Positions 10,425 through 19,784 of a DNA stretch of 47,303 bases are shown here, piece by piece. The first letter of the stretch is position 1. The number at the start of each line of letters is the position of its first letter. The stretch lies in the NCBI GenBank assembly GCA_001275005.1, contig JWZX01003370.1:1-47303 (forward strand), written 5' to 3'. The position numbers and the translations under genes were made by a program. The notes beneath the pieces are model-generated. The model saw only the letters and a list, made by a program, of their open reading frames with translations, was not told the DNA's origin and ran no database searches. Origin of the DNA: Chrysochromulina tobinii (lineage: Eukaryota).

Positions 10425-11192
10425 TTAGCGGACCCGGGCCATCTGTTCCTTCGCATCGTCGCTGTCCTTGTACCCGAGCTGCACGAAGAGCTTGCCAATT
10501 TCGTATTGGTCTACGTAGCGCTTGAGACCAGTCGCGCGATCGGGGAAGGCATCCGTCCGCCTCCACCACGATTTATCCGGCATGGCATTGCCCTGCTCGT
10601 GCCACAGGATCTCTGCGCCCGACCCGAAGCACGCGGCGAGCTCCTCGCCCGTCGCCGCCAATGTGCCGGTGTTGCTCAAGGTGTGAAGAGTCGGAATCGA
10701 CACCTCGGCAGAGCGGAGCCGTTGCAGCAATTCAGTGTAGGGCTTGGCGGTGGGCATCGAGGCGCCGCAAATTATGGCAAAGGCCAGCGGCCTTGGGCCC
10801 TCTCCCAACGCCGCGCGAGCTGCGACCACGGCGGCCACTGTCCCGCCCTGCTCGTGGCCCACAATGCCCGCAACCTCGGGCCTCGAGGCAAGCACCGCCT
10901 CCACTGTGGCGACCGCCTTGTCGAGCCCCTTGAATCCGTCGCCGAACCAAGTCCCATCATCCGTCCTAGCGTCCAGTGCCGCATACTGCCAGTTGGCGGG
11001 CACGAGTCCAGTGCTATGATCTGCTCGCAAGGGAACACCGTTCAGGAAGTTCCTTGCGCCTCGCTCGGTGGGCGAGCTGAGGAATGCTGCACCGCTCATT
11101 CCGCTGCCATGAATCATCAGGAAATGACGATTGTTGTTGTACTGCAGCGATTCAGCGTGCGCCACGGTTACCGCGAAGAGGATGGCCCGCAT
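10425..11192 (-). CDS. FSH1/OVCA2-like alpha/beta hydrolase with signal peptide, catalytic residues apparently lost
   Basis: IHGSGMSG, GIVGHEQGG, IPTLH and HEQGNAMP align with FSH1 motifs LHGxxQ, GFSQG, PTLH..G..D and HxGGH..P. Confidence 0.75.
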   Translation of the reverse strand: MRAILFAVTVAHAESLQYNNNRHFLMIHGSGMSGAAFLSSPTERGARNFLNGVPLRADHSTGLVPANWQYAALDARTDDGTWFGDGFKGLDKAVATVEAVLASRPEVAGIVGHEQGGTVAAVVAARAALGEGPRPLAFAIICGASMPTAKPYTELLQRLRSAEVSIPTLHTLSNTGTLAATGEELAACFGSGAEILWHEQGNAMPDKSWWRRTDAFPDRATGLKRYVDQYEIGKLFVQLGYKDSDDAKEQMARVR

Positions 11193-11452
11193 CTTCACAG
11201 CGCGGGAGATGCGAGCGAGACGATCTTGGCTTCGACGCCTTCACGGCGGGAAACCCGGGGATGGAAAGACCCCCCCCTAGTGTCCGCGAGCCACCGCACA
11301 TCTCACATGAGTGTGGGGGGTATTTGAACTGGGCAACGTAAATTTTGCGAAGCGCCGCCACCGGCGGAGCGGATTCGTGGTCTACAAGCAAGCAAGCAAC
11401 AAAGAAGCAAAATACGTGTGAGGAGTGAGCCCCACTCACCAATGGGTTCCAT

Positions 11453-12373
11453 TCACTCTGACTTGTCCGGATAATGAAAAGTTCGCAGGTTGTACAGGGA
11501 GGAGCGCGGATCCAGAAGGCAAGCGTCATTCTCGGTGGTGAGCCAGAGCGTGAACGTGTGGCGGTGGTGCGCGTCGCTGTCGTTGCTGCCATCAATCGAC
11601 CACTGCTGCGGGCTTGGCGCGGGGCCTGAGGTCATCGGCAGCACCTCGTGCACAATCAGGTCGGACCAGAAAAGCAATAACCGATCGAGGCCACCCTCAC
11701 CGGCTGGCGCGACGTCGGTGTAGACGGGGTGCGTGAGCGAGTCGTACAGGCGGATGGCGCCGCCCTGCTTCGCGACGTCCCACCCCGCGTTCGCGTAGTA
11801 CACGGCTGTGAGCTTTCGCTTGTCGTTTGCGCCTGTTACATTGTCGAGATGCTTCGGATAGCGCGCACCAGCTGCCGTCGAGACGGCAAGCTTGTGCCCA
11901 AAAACTCGAGATGAGAGCTGAGGGTGCGCATGGCCGTCCAGCGCATGTCCGCCAAACCCGGTGTTCACCACTTCCGGCAGCGCACCCATCAGCTCGCTGA
12001 GCAGCACCACTACAGATGGCGCACGTCGCCAGCTCTCAGCGTCGAGCTCCATCATGTGCACATTGGGCCTCCAGAGCTTCTCGCCGGTCTCGGCAACGCT
12101 CGAATAAGAAGGTGAATAGGCACCATCGCGGAAAAGCTGTGCAAGCTCACGGCGCACGTGCAGGCCCGCCTCATCATCAAGGATGCCGTCGAGTGCACAC
12201 CAACCGCGCTCTGCTAGCGCGTCGACAATAGAGGCCTTCATGGCGTGCAGCTTGGCCGATGCGCCGACCCCACGCTGCAGGAGCTGGCCGAAAGCATCCA
12301 TCGATGCGCATAATCGTCGCTGCCCCAGCTTATGCGACACCGCGTAAATGTCGCGCCGCAACATCGGCAACAT
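11453..12373 (-). CDS. 2OG-Fe(II) oxygenase, EGLN/prolyl-hydroxylase-like
   Basis: YPKHLDN (HxD), RKLTAVYYAN, DRLLLFWSD, HEVLP and R.T.TLW motifs; start uncertain. Confidence 0.88.
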   Translation of the reverse strand: MLPMLRRDIYAVSHKLGQRRLCASMDAFGQLLQRGVGASAKLHAMKASIVDALAERGWCALDGILDDEAGLHVRRELAQLFRDGAYSPSYSSVAETGEKLWRPNVHMMELDAESWRRAPSVVVLLSELMGALPEVVNTGFGGHALDGHAHPQLSSRVFGHKLAVSTAAGARYPKHLDNVTGANDKRKLTAVYYANAGWDVAKQGGAIRLYDSLTHPVYTDVAPAGEGGLDRLLLFWSDLIVHEVLPMTSGPAPSPQQWSIDGSNDSDAHHRHTFTLWLTTENDACLLDPRSSLYNLRTFHYPDKSE

Positions 12374-12558
12374 GTGCAACCACGAAACTTCCTCTTTTCT
12401 CCTAAGGACACTCCGATTAAATCTTGAAACGTAACTCTCGTTTCGCACGTATTTTTTCTTTCAAGTACTGGTTTCGTTTCAAAACATGCCCTCTCACGAT
12501 AAGCGAGCGCGTATGCGATCGCCGCCATTGCTCAACCTTTTCTGAACGCCCTGTAAAG

Positions 12559-13377
12559 ATGGACCGATGGAGGACGTGGAACGCCCAGAAGCTCCCCGGC
12601 CGTGCTGTCAACCGCTACGTGCGCGGCTGGGTTCGCCGCGAGGCCGAACGCAACGGCTTGTGCAGCATTGAGGTGCATCGAACAGCGTGCATCGTGACTC
12701 ACCCGCCAGGCGGAGAGCGAGCCAACATGGCGCTCGTCGTCCCAGCAAATGAGCAGCTTCACGGGACTCGCTTCACCCCCGAGCAGTGTTGGAAATACCT
12801 TCATGGCGATCCCGTCAAGGGACGCTGGGACAAGGACTTTGTTGTGTACCCAACGCAGAGCATCGATGGCTTGGTGACCGAGTTTGGAGGCGAGGAGCTC
12901 CGCATGACGTTGGAGGCTGTGCCGGCAGACGCTCACGGTCGCCGGGCTCCGGTCGGCACCGCGGTCGTTACTCCAGCGTCCCACGAGCTGCGGGAGCTCT
13001 ACACGTATCTCATTCACACATGCGCGCCCATGCATCGCCTGCTGGAGCCCTCCGAGTGGCAGTTCCAGATTCGCTCTGCCTATTTTGCTGCTTTCGACGC
13101 AGCCCATCAAGGCACATTCGATACCATCGCCATGCCGCTCCTCGGCGCTGGCGCGCGCGGAGCTCCGATGGGGGATGCAATGCGTGTCGCCGCCGGAGCT
13201 GCCGTAAGCTGGCGTGCCAAGGAAAATGGGCCGTCGCTGACTTGCCGATTCGGCGTGCAAGACAGTACGGGCGCACACGCGCTAGTCGAAGCGTTCGAGG
13301 ACGCGATGCGGGCAGAGAATGGCAAGGGTACGACATTTGATCTAAAGCTGCCGCCGCCGGCCGAAAGGTGGACCTGA
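12559..13377 (+). CDS. Macrodomain protein
   Basis: LVVPANEQL, GGEELR, VGTAVVT, LIHTCAP and IAMPLLGAGARG match the macro fold; ATG at 12559. Confidence 0.82.
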   Translation: MDRWRTWNAQKLPGRAVNRYVRGWVRREAERNGLCSIEVHRTACIVTHPPGGERANMALVVPANEQLHGTRFTPEQCWKYLHGDPVKGRWDKDFVVYPTQSIDGLVTEFGGEELRMTLEAVPADAHGRRAPVGTAVVTPASHELRELYTYLIHTCAPMHRLLEPSEWQFQIRSAYFAAFDAAHQGTFDTIAMPLLGAGARGAPMGDAMRVAAGAAVSWRAKENGPSLTCRFGVQDSTGAHALVEAFEDAMRAENGKGTTFDLKLPPPAERWT

Positions 13378-13995
13378 TCGGGCGATGCACCTTCCGCAAC
13401 GAGATCGGAGTTGGAGCTTGGACTCCTCCACGTGTGCCGTGTGTAGGCGGTCAAGTCACGTACGAAGTACTAGGAACTAACCGTGTCCGGTGAACGCGGA
13501 TCGGGGAAACCGCTCGGATACCTCGATTTCTGTTTGGGGATATGAATCCGCCGGGTCTCCGGGCCCCGGGGACGCCCGGGCCGGGCGTCGTGCGCGGGGT
13601 GCGGAAAGTCGCGGGGGCAGGGCGCCACCGCGCACCGGCACCGCACGCCCGACGACGCGAGGGAAGCCGTTTACGTGGTTTAATGCGCCGCGCCCCGGAC
13701 CGCGGCGGTCGGACTGCGGTAAGTCAGTAGACAGTAGACACGCTATTTGTAGACGCCGCCAGTCGACTGAGAACGATCTGAGAGACGTACAAACCGACGT
13801 GGGCATCAAAACGCTGCGCGGGGCGGCCGAGCATCAAGCAAGTGCGCGGCAATTCGCGGCACATCGACATGCGCGACAAAGTCGACGCGGCCGCTGTTTC
13901 CGCACGAGAATAGAAGACACACGTTGTCACGTTCGAAGAATGCTTTTGGCATTCGATCGATGCTGCTCTCGCACAAGACGGGCGGCGGCACTTGC

Positions 13996-16089
13996 TCAGC
14001 CGAGGTTGCGCAGGATGGCCTGCGTCTTCGGATCGTCAGGCCCAACCGCAGCGAGCATGAGTTTATGCGCGCGCTCGAAGAGGCCCGTGGCAATGTCGGG
14101 GCGCCCGAGCGCGCGGTATGCGATGCCCAGGTTGGACAGATCCATCGCCACCTCGGGGTGGTCGTGCCCGAGCGCCTTCTCGTCGATCGCGAGTGCGCGC
14201 AGGTACACGGGCACAGCTTCGATGTGCTTCTGCTGGTCGCAGAAAGCGTTGCCCAGATTGACCAGATTGGAGGCGACCTGAGGGTGCTCAGGGCCGAGCG
14301 TCTTTTCAAAGATGGCGAGCGCGGACACGTACAGGGGCACCGCCATCGCGGGCGAGCCGTGCTGCCGGTAGTTGCGCGCGAGGTTCTCGAGATCAGATGC
14401 CACGTCAAGCAGCGTGTTCTCCATCTCCTCTTTCTCCACAGCCGTGCGCCGCGCGAACTCGCGCGCGCGATCAAAGCGGGCCTCAGTCTCTTCGGCCTGA
14501 CGCTTGGCGCGCTGCACGTCCGACCAGGCGCTCTCGACAGCCGCCTCGTACCTCTTCACCTGCTCGTCGAGGTCGTGCTTCATGCCGTCACCTTCGCCTC
14601 CCTTGCCACCATTCTCTTGAGTCTGGAGCGCCGTCATGATCGCGACAGCCTCCGTACGCTCGGCCGCCAGCTGCGTGGCCATCTCCTCCTCCTCCGCCTC
14701 CCACGCCGCCAGAGTCGCATCCATCTCCGAGGAGGCGCCGCTCGCCCCCTCGGCCGTGCCAGCCTCACTCGTGCTCGCGCCCGCCGCGGCGCGCGCCGAC
14801 TCGATCTTCGCCTCGAGATCGTTCAGCTCCCGCTTGGCCAGCTCCAGCTGCTTCTCCACCTGAGGCAAGAATCAGAAGTACTCAGAGGTGCTCAGAGGTG
14901 CTCAGAGGCGAGCATCAGGCACGCATCAGGCACTCATCAGGCACTCATCAGGCACTCATCAGGCACTCATCAGGCACGCATCAGGCACTCATCAGGCACG
15001 CATCAGGCGCCTTCGAAGGGGGCCTACCGCGGCCGTGTCGCCCATGATCGCCCTGAGCGACGACACCACCTGCTCGGCCGAGGGCGGCGGTTTCGGCTCG
15101 GCGAGCCGACCCTGCAGAAGCTCGATGACGGCGCCGGAGCGGTCCGAATCGCTCTGCTTCTTCGACTTGGCTGCCTTGGCCGCCGCCTGCGCCGAACGCA
15201 GCATGTCGACGATGGTGGGCGACGCCGACGGCGGCACGTGCAGCACCAGCCTCGCTGAGGCGCCCGCGTCGAAGAACGAAGGCGCGAGCAGGCGTGGGAG
15301 CAGTGCCGTGTCGGCGACGGTCGGGCGCGCCGACGGCTTCGCGAGGCACTTGAGGAGCATCGCGTGCGAGTGGTGGCACAGCGTTGAGCTGAGCAGCGAG
15401 GAGGACGCCTCGGCAAACGACACGTCGGACGCGTCGACGAGCAGCAGCTTGCCCTCGCCGAGCGTGAGCTGCACGGCGAGGTGACCGCCGCCCGCCGCGC
15501 CCATCGCGGCCGCCTCGGCCGCCGCCGCCGCCTCCTCAATGTCGCGCAGCGCGGCCGTCGCCGCCGCCGCCGAGGTCAGCGGCCGCTGCACCGCGCCGAA
15601 GAGCATCGAGGCCGATTGCGCGGTGCCGTCGCCGCCGGCGCCGGTGGCGGTGGTGCCTGGCTCGATTGCCGCGCCGTCGAGCAGATCAGTCAGCCGCTCC
15701 CACAGCACGTGCACCGCCGCGATGCTCAGCTCGAGCCCCTTCTCGTCCGCTGCCTGCAGGAGCTTGGCCAGCGCGAGCTCACAAGCGGCGCCGAGGAGCG
15801 CGCCGCGCTTGCCCGCGCCCGAGCCGACGCAGAGGACGCACCCTACCTTATCGGCGGTGACCGCCTCCACTGCCTTGGCGAACCCCTCGTCGTAGAGCGC
15901 CTGGGCGGCGCCCTCGGCCGTGCTGCCGTCGACCACGCCGTCGAACGTGGACGAGAAGGCGATCTTGCGCCCGCCGGCACCCTTTCCATTCTCGACCCAG
16001 ACGCGGCGCTCCGACGGCGTGCACTTGAGCGTCAGGCCACTCACGTCCGACTGCGAGCCCTCGGAGGCGCAGTAGACGATGACCTTCAT
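13996..16089 (-). CDS. Degenerate kinesin motor domain + coiled coil + kinesin-light-chain-type TPRs; exons 16089-15028, 14859-13996
   Basis: Kinesin-like remnants appear in order (FDGVV, QALYD, CVGSGAGKR, ERLTDLL, GKLLLVDA, LPRLLAPSF, MLRSAQAA). Phase-0 intron 14860-15027. TPRs LGPEHPQVASNLVNLG and LGHDHPEVAMDLSNLG. Confidence 0.78.
14872..15010. repeat. Intronic 10-mer (ctcagaggtg) and 11-mer (ggcactcatca/ggcacgcatca) tandem repeats
   Basis: Directly visible tandem arrays inside the kinesin-TPR intron. Confidence 0.9.
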
Positions 16090-16124
16090 CGAGCACACGA
16101 GAGAGCCGCGAGAGTTCGGAGCAG

Positions 16125-16591
16125 CCCGTGCAGTCTCATTTTCACCTGCTCTCGAGCCTGGTGTGCGCGAAATGGCTTCACAGTTCAATACAACGCGAAA
16201 TCTGCTCACGTTTGTTTGAATCTCGGCCAGACGCACAACCTCCGGTCCGACTGCATGCAAACTGTTTGCACTCCACGCTGCCGACGAGAAACCCGTGTAT
16301 CGTCGGCCCAGAACTCGCACATATGCGACAACAAGAGGCCAAAAGAGCTAAGACCTATAAAGAGGCGCGCAGCGCGCGCGCGCAGGCGCCTGCCCAGTCC
16401 ACAGAGGAAAACAAATCCACGCTACACATGTTCCACGCGCTCTCGTGACGCGTCTCGGGCAAAGGATTACGTAGATGTGATCGTAGATATTATACCTCAT
16501 GGGCGAAGACGTCCTTGAGGTAAACTTGTCGGCTCTTATTCACAGCGATATTTCTCAGCGATTTGGTACGGGCGACACAGGACGTCATCTC
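16125..16591 (+). repeat. Left copy of a diverged ~0.47 kb direct repeat
   Basis: Shares ctcgagcctggtgtg, gcgcgaaatggcttcacagttcaat, gcacaacctccggtccgactgcatg, cgggcaaaggattacgtagatgtgatcg and gatttggtacgggc with 19296-19784. Confidence 0.9.
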
Positions 16592-16595
16592 GGAA

Positions 16596-18944
16596 ATGTT
16601 CAGGGCCCGCCGCCGCCAAACCACCGCGGCACCCACGTCGCTCCCTCCTGCAACCGAGCCTTTTCCTGCCGACAAGAAGACGGTCAGTCGATCGCCCTCT
16701 GGAAACTGGCCCAACAAGACCCGGCAGGCCTTTGCACTTTTTCGCCTTCTTCAGGCCCTGCCCGGGCCCATGTTCTTATTGTTCACCGGCACTCAATACT
16801 CACGACGTGATCAATTTTCAGGTTGGACCGGGTCCTTTACAGAGCTCGGCGCAGGGGATACCCTTGCATTCCAAGTCTGGTTCGTTTCAACTCCTCCTCT
16901 CGTGTTATCGCTCCTCCTCGCCCAGATCGATTATACTGGCGATGACCTTACCACGCGCGTCTGGACATGGCTCTCGGCGTTGGAGGTTGCGTTGTATCTC
17001 ATCTCCATCTCTGCCTACTTCGCGCTTTACTTTCTCAAGCGGTTGGATGTGTACTCGTACGGCTTGTTTATTGCCTATTTCTCGTTCGGTGTTTTCCTCT
17101 ATTTTGCTACACTTTTCCTGCGTGACGTCAAGGAATACCAAAAACGCAAAAAGTACAAGTCATTCGTCCTCTCGCAAGCAGCGCGGGCCGGCATCATCAC
17201 CATGATAATGGCGTGCGTGACCACCTTTGCTCTGTCGGCGATGCTGCGGGTGCCAATTGAAGGGACTTTGCTGAATGTATTCGTTGAGTTGTCACTCAAC
17301 AGCATCGCCTGTGCGGACCAAGCTGCGTTTGTATCGGCGTTCGATGCATCTGCCGCCAATGCTAGCTGCCCTGCCCTGCCCAATTGCGGCTACGCGACTT
17401 ACGAGGACCTGTGCCAGGCCGTGCAGTACGCGCCGATGGTGCAAGCCCTGACTTACGACTTGTTTCACGTGCACCTCTTCATTTTAGCATCCTGGCTTAT
17501 CATCTCAATTCTCATTTTCGGCACTGGCCGTGCACTCGCAGAAGATGGCTACTCGCACTTGCTCTCTCGACACATGCTCGTTGCCATTCTGCTGGGCCTC
17601 GCATCACTGATACTGACACTCTTCTCATTCGTGCGCCTCCTCATCCTTGTGCTACGACTTTCTTCACCGCGCCCGGCCGCTTACTTTGACCGAACGGACC
17701 TGATGAACAAGTACGAGTTGCCCTTGACCTGCTATGGCAACTGTAATTCTATCTGTTTTCACGCCCAATTGGCTCTGTACTTTCTTATACTCTTCGCACT
17801 CAACTTCGACTTCATCCTCAAAAAGATTGTGGACCAACTGCGTGCCAATCTTAACCCGAAACCTGACCCCGACGGGGCCCAAAAGGAGCTTGTGGACCAG
17901 GCCATCAAAGAGCTCAGACGCAAAGAGTGGGACGACGACGCACCCTCTTTCTACTTCATCCGCGCCGACTGGGTGCGCGTCTCGTGCAGCCACAAGTCGT
18001 TGCCACGCATGCAGACGCTGCTCAAGGACGGCCACCTAACGAAGAAAAAAATACCCCTCGCCTCCGCTTTCCGCGAACCCGCGTTTTGTGGCGGTAGCAT
18101 CATGGCGAGCATCCTCTTCGTAAGCCATCGGTGGGAAGAACAAAGCCAGCCTGATGTCGACGGCGAGCAACTCAAGGCCATCAAGGCGTATCTGGAAAAG
18201 CACCCAGACATCAAGTGGGTCTGGTTTGATTACTCGTCGATGCCCCAAGGGGACGATCGGACTCCCGAGGAGAAGGCCGAGTTCCAGCTGATGCTCGCCG
18301 CCATTGCCGACCTTTACCTGACTGCGCACGTCCTCATTCTCCTCGATGGGTCGTACGCGTCGAGGTTCTGGACGCTGATGGAGGCATGGTGCTCGATGCA
18401 GATGGTCACGTCCGATGGGCTCCGCCCCGCAACGGAGGCTGAGTGTCGCTACACGATTGAATGTATCCACAACGCTGACGACAAGCATGATGGCGAGGGC
18501 CTCGTCGACAAGGTGTCCACGAAGACGCCCGAGGAAATGTATCGTATCCTCAAGAAGCCGGACGTCAACGTCACCAATAAAAATGACAAGGTGGCCATGC
18601 TTCCCGTCATCCAGAAGACCAACGAGCACGTCATTGAGACGTTTCAGAAGCAAGTGATATTACCGGAGCCCAAACCTGCGGTCGCAACGGCGGCCCCCAA
18701 CCCCGTGCCCAACCCCGTGCCCGCCCTTGAGAAGCGCTACGCCATCGGCAGCTGCGTGTTCGTGAAGCGCAGCAACGGAGAGGAGACTCTCGCCTATGTG
18801 AACGCGTACGATGCAGAGGAGGCGCTCTACACGGTGGAGATCGGAACGCTTGGCTCGGGGCAGACAGAGAAGTGCCACGACAAAGATCTGCAAGCGGCCA
18901 GCGTAGGAACAAAAACGACGAGGTGGCCAAATATATTTTCTTAA
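16596..18944 (+). CDS. Multi-pass membrane protein with cytosolic HET-like domain and C-terminal SH3-like module
   Basis: About 7 hydrophobic helices, then FVSHRW..PD.DGEQL, WVWFDYSSMPQ, ML..IADLY and YASRFWTLMEAW (HET-type motifs). The end GSCVFVKRSNGEETLAYV..YTVE resembles an SH3-like barrel. Intronless. Confidence 0.75.
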   Translation: MFRARRRQTTAAPTSLPPATEPFPADKKTVSRSPSGNWPNKTRQAFALFRLLQALPGPMFLLFTGTQYSRRDQFSGWTGSFTELGAGDTLAFQVWFVSTPPLVLSLLLAQIDYTGDDLTTRVWTWLSALEVALYLISISAYFALYFLKRLDVYSYGLFIAYFSFGVFLYFATLFLRDVKEYQKRKKYKSFVLSQAARAGIITMIMACVTTFALSAMLRVPIEGTLLNVFVELSLNSIACADQAAFVSAFDASAANASCPALPNCGYATYEDLCQAVQYAPMVQALTYDLFHVHLFILASWLIISILIFGTGRALAEDGYSHLLSRHMLVAILLGLASLILTLFSFVRLLILVLRLSSPRPAAYFDRTDLMNKYELPLTCYGNCNSICFHAQLALYFLILFALNFDFILKKIVDQLRANLNPKPDPDGAQKELVDQAIKELRRKEWDDDAPSFYFIRADWVRVSCSHKSLPRMQTLLKDGHLTKKKIPLASAFREPAFCGGSIMASILFVSHRWEEQSQPDVDGEQLKAIKAYLEKHPDIKWVWFDYSSMPQGDDRTPEEKAEFQLMLAAIADLYLTAHVLILLDGSYASRFWTLMEAWCSMQMVTSDGLRPATEAECRYTIECIHNADDKHDGEGLVDKVSTKTPEEMYRILKKPDVNVTNKNDKVAMLPVIQKTNEHVIETFQKQVILPEPKPAVATAAPNPVPNPVPALEKRYAIGSCVFVKRSNGEETLAYVNAYDAEEALYTVEIGTLGSGQTEKCHDKDLQAASVGTKTTRWPNIFS

Positions 18945-19295
18945 TGGGAACCCGACCAAACAGCGCTCGGGCAATCGAATCCACGCGAGCACGCCCGACG
19001 GGTCGCGCGATCGCCAATCCTGTTCGTGGTCTCCCGTGATTGCTACTGTGATCGCCTCTCAACGTGAAATAATTTTGCTGTCTTTCCCGCTCCAGCTGAC
19101 CTTGTTGTATGGTATTGTAGAGGTATTGAGTCGGTTTGCCTTATATCTTCCCCAACCCCTGAAGCTCAAGCTGAACAGAGTACAGACCGGCTGACCGGGC
19201 ATTCCCGACGAAAGCCGACGGTCTGCCCTGGTTAGGGGACCACTTTGAACTTTCGCTTCCATTAACCATACCATACAAATATTTACCATTATTTA

Positions 19296-19784
19296 CCCGT
19301 ACAGGCTCATTTGATTCACACCCGTTCTCGAGCCTGGTGTGGGGGTAATCGACTGGTGTGCGCGAAATGGCTTCACAGTTCAATGCGCGAAAGCCTGTGC
19401 GCATCTCGGCAAGACAGCACAACCTCCGGTCCGACTGCATGTGAACTGTATGTACTCCACGCTGCCGACGAGGAACTCGTGTATCGCCGGCCCAGGACAC
19501 GCAAGCGATAAGGCGCCTGCCCAGCATGTGGCCTACCCCAATGCGAAGCGAGCTGCCGAGCTCCACGCTATACATGTACCACGCTCTCGTGTCGCGTCCC
19601 GGGCAAAGGATTACGTAGATGTGATCGAAGATATGATGCCTCATCGGCACGACGTCGATGAACTTGCGTCGGCTCTGGGGAAGGGCGTTGACGCGACGGT
19701 GGAAGTGCGGCCGCGCCGGCCGGCAGACCCCTTATTCATTGCGATTCACACGGGATTTGGTACGGGCTGTCAGGACGTCGTCTC
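19296..19784 (+). repeat. Right copy of the ~0.47 kb direct repeat
   Basis: Colinear with 16125-16591; its end overlaps the stop codon of the K+ channel gene. Confidence 0.9.

Noticed and set aside
11269..11321. Mini element with acccccc...ggggggt ends
   Set aside because: About 50 bp, homopolymer-based symmetry, no TSD or second copy in the window.
16125..19784. LTR retrotransposon interpretation of the direct repeats (also for 36322-47303)
   Set aside because: No gag, RT, integrase or tyrosine recombinase between the repeats, no TG..CA termini, and no PBS/PPT recognised.
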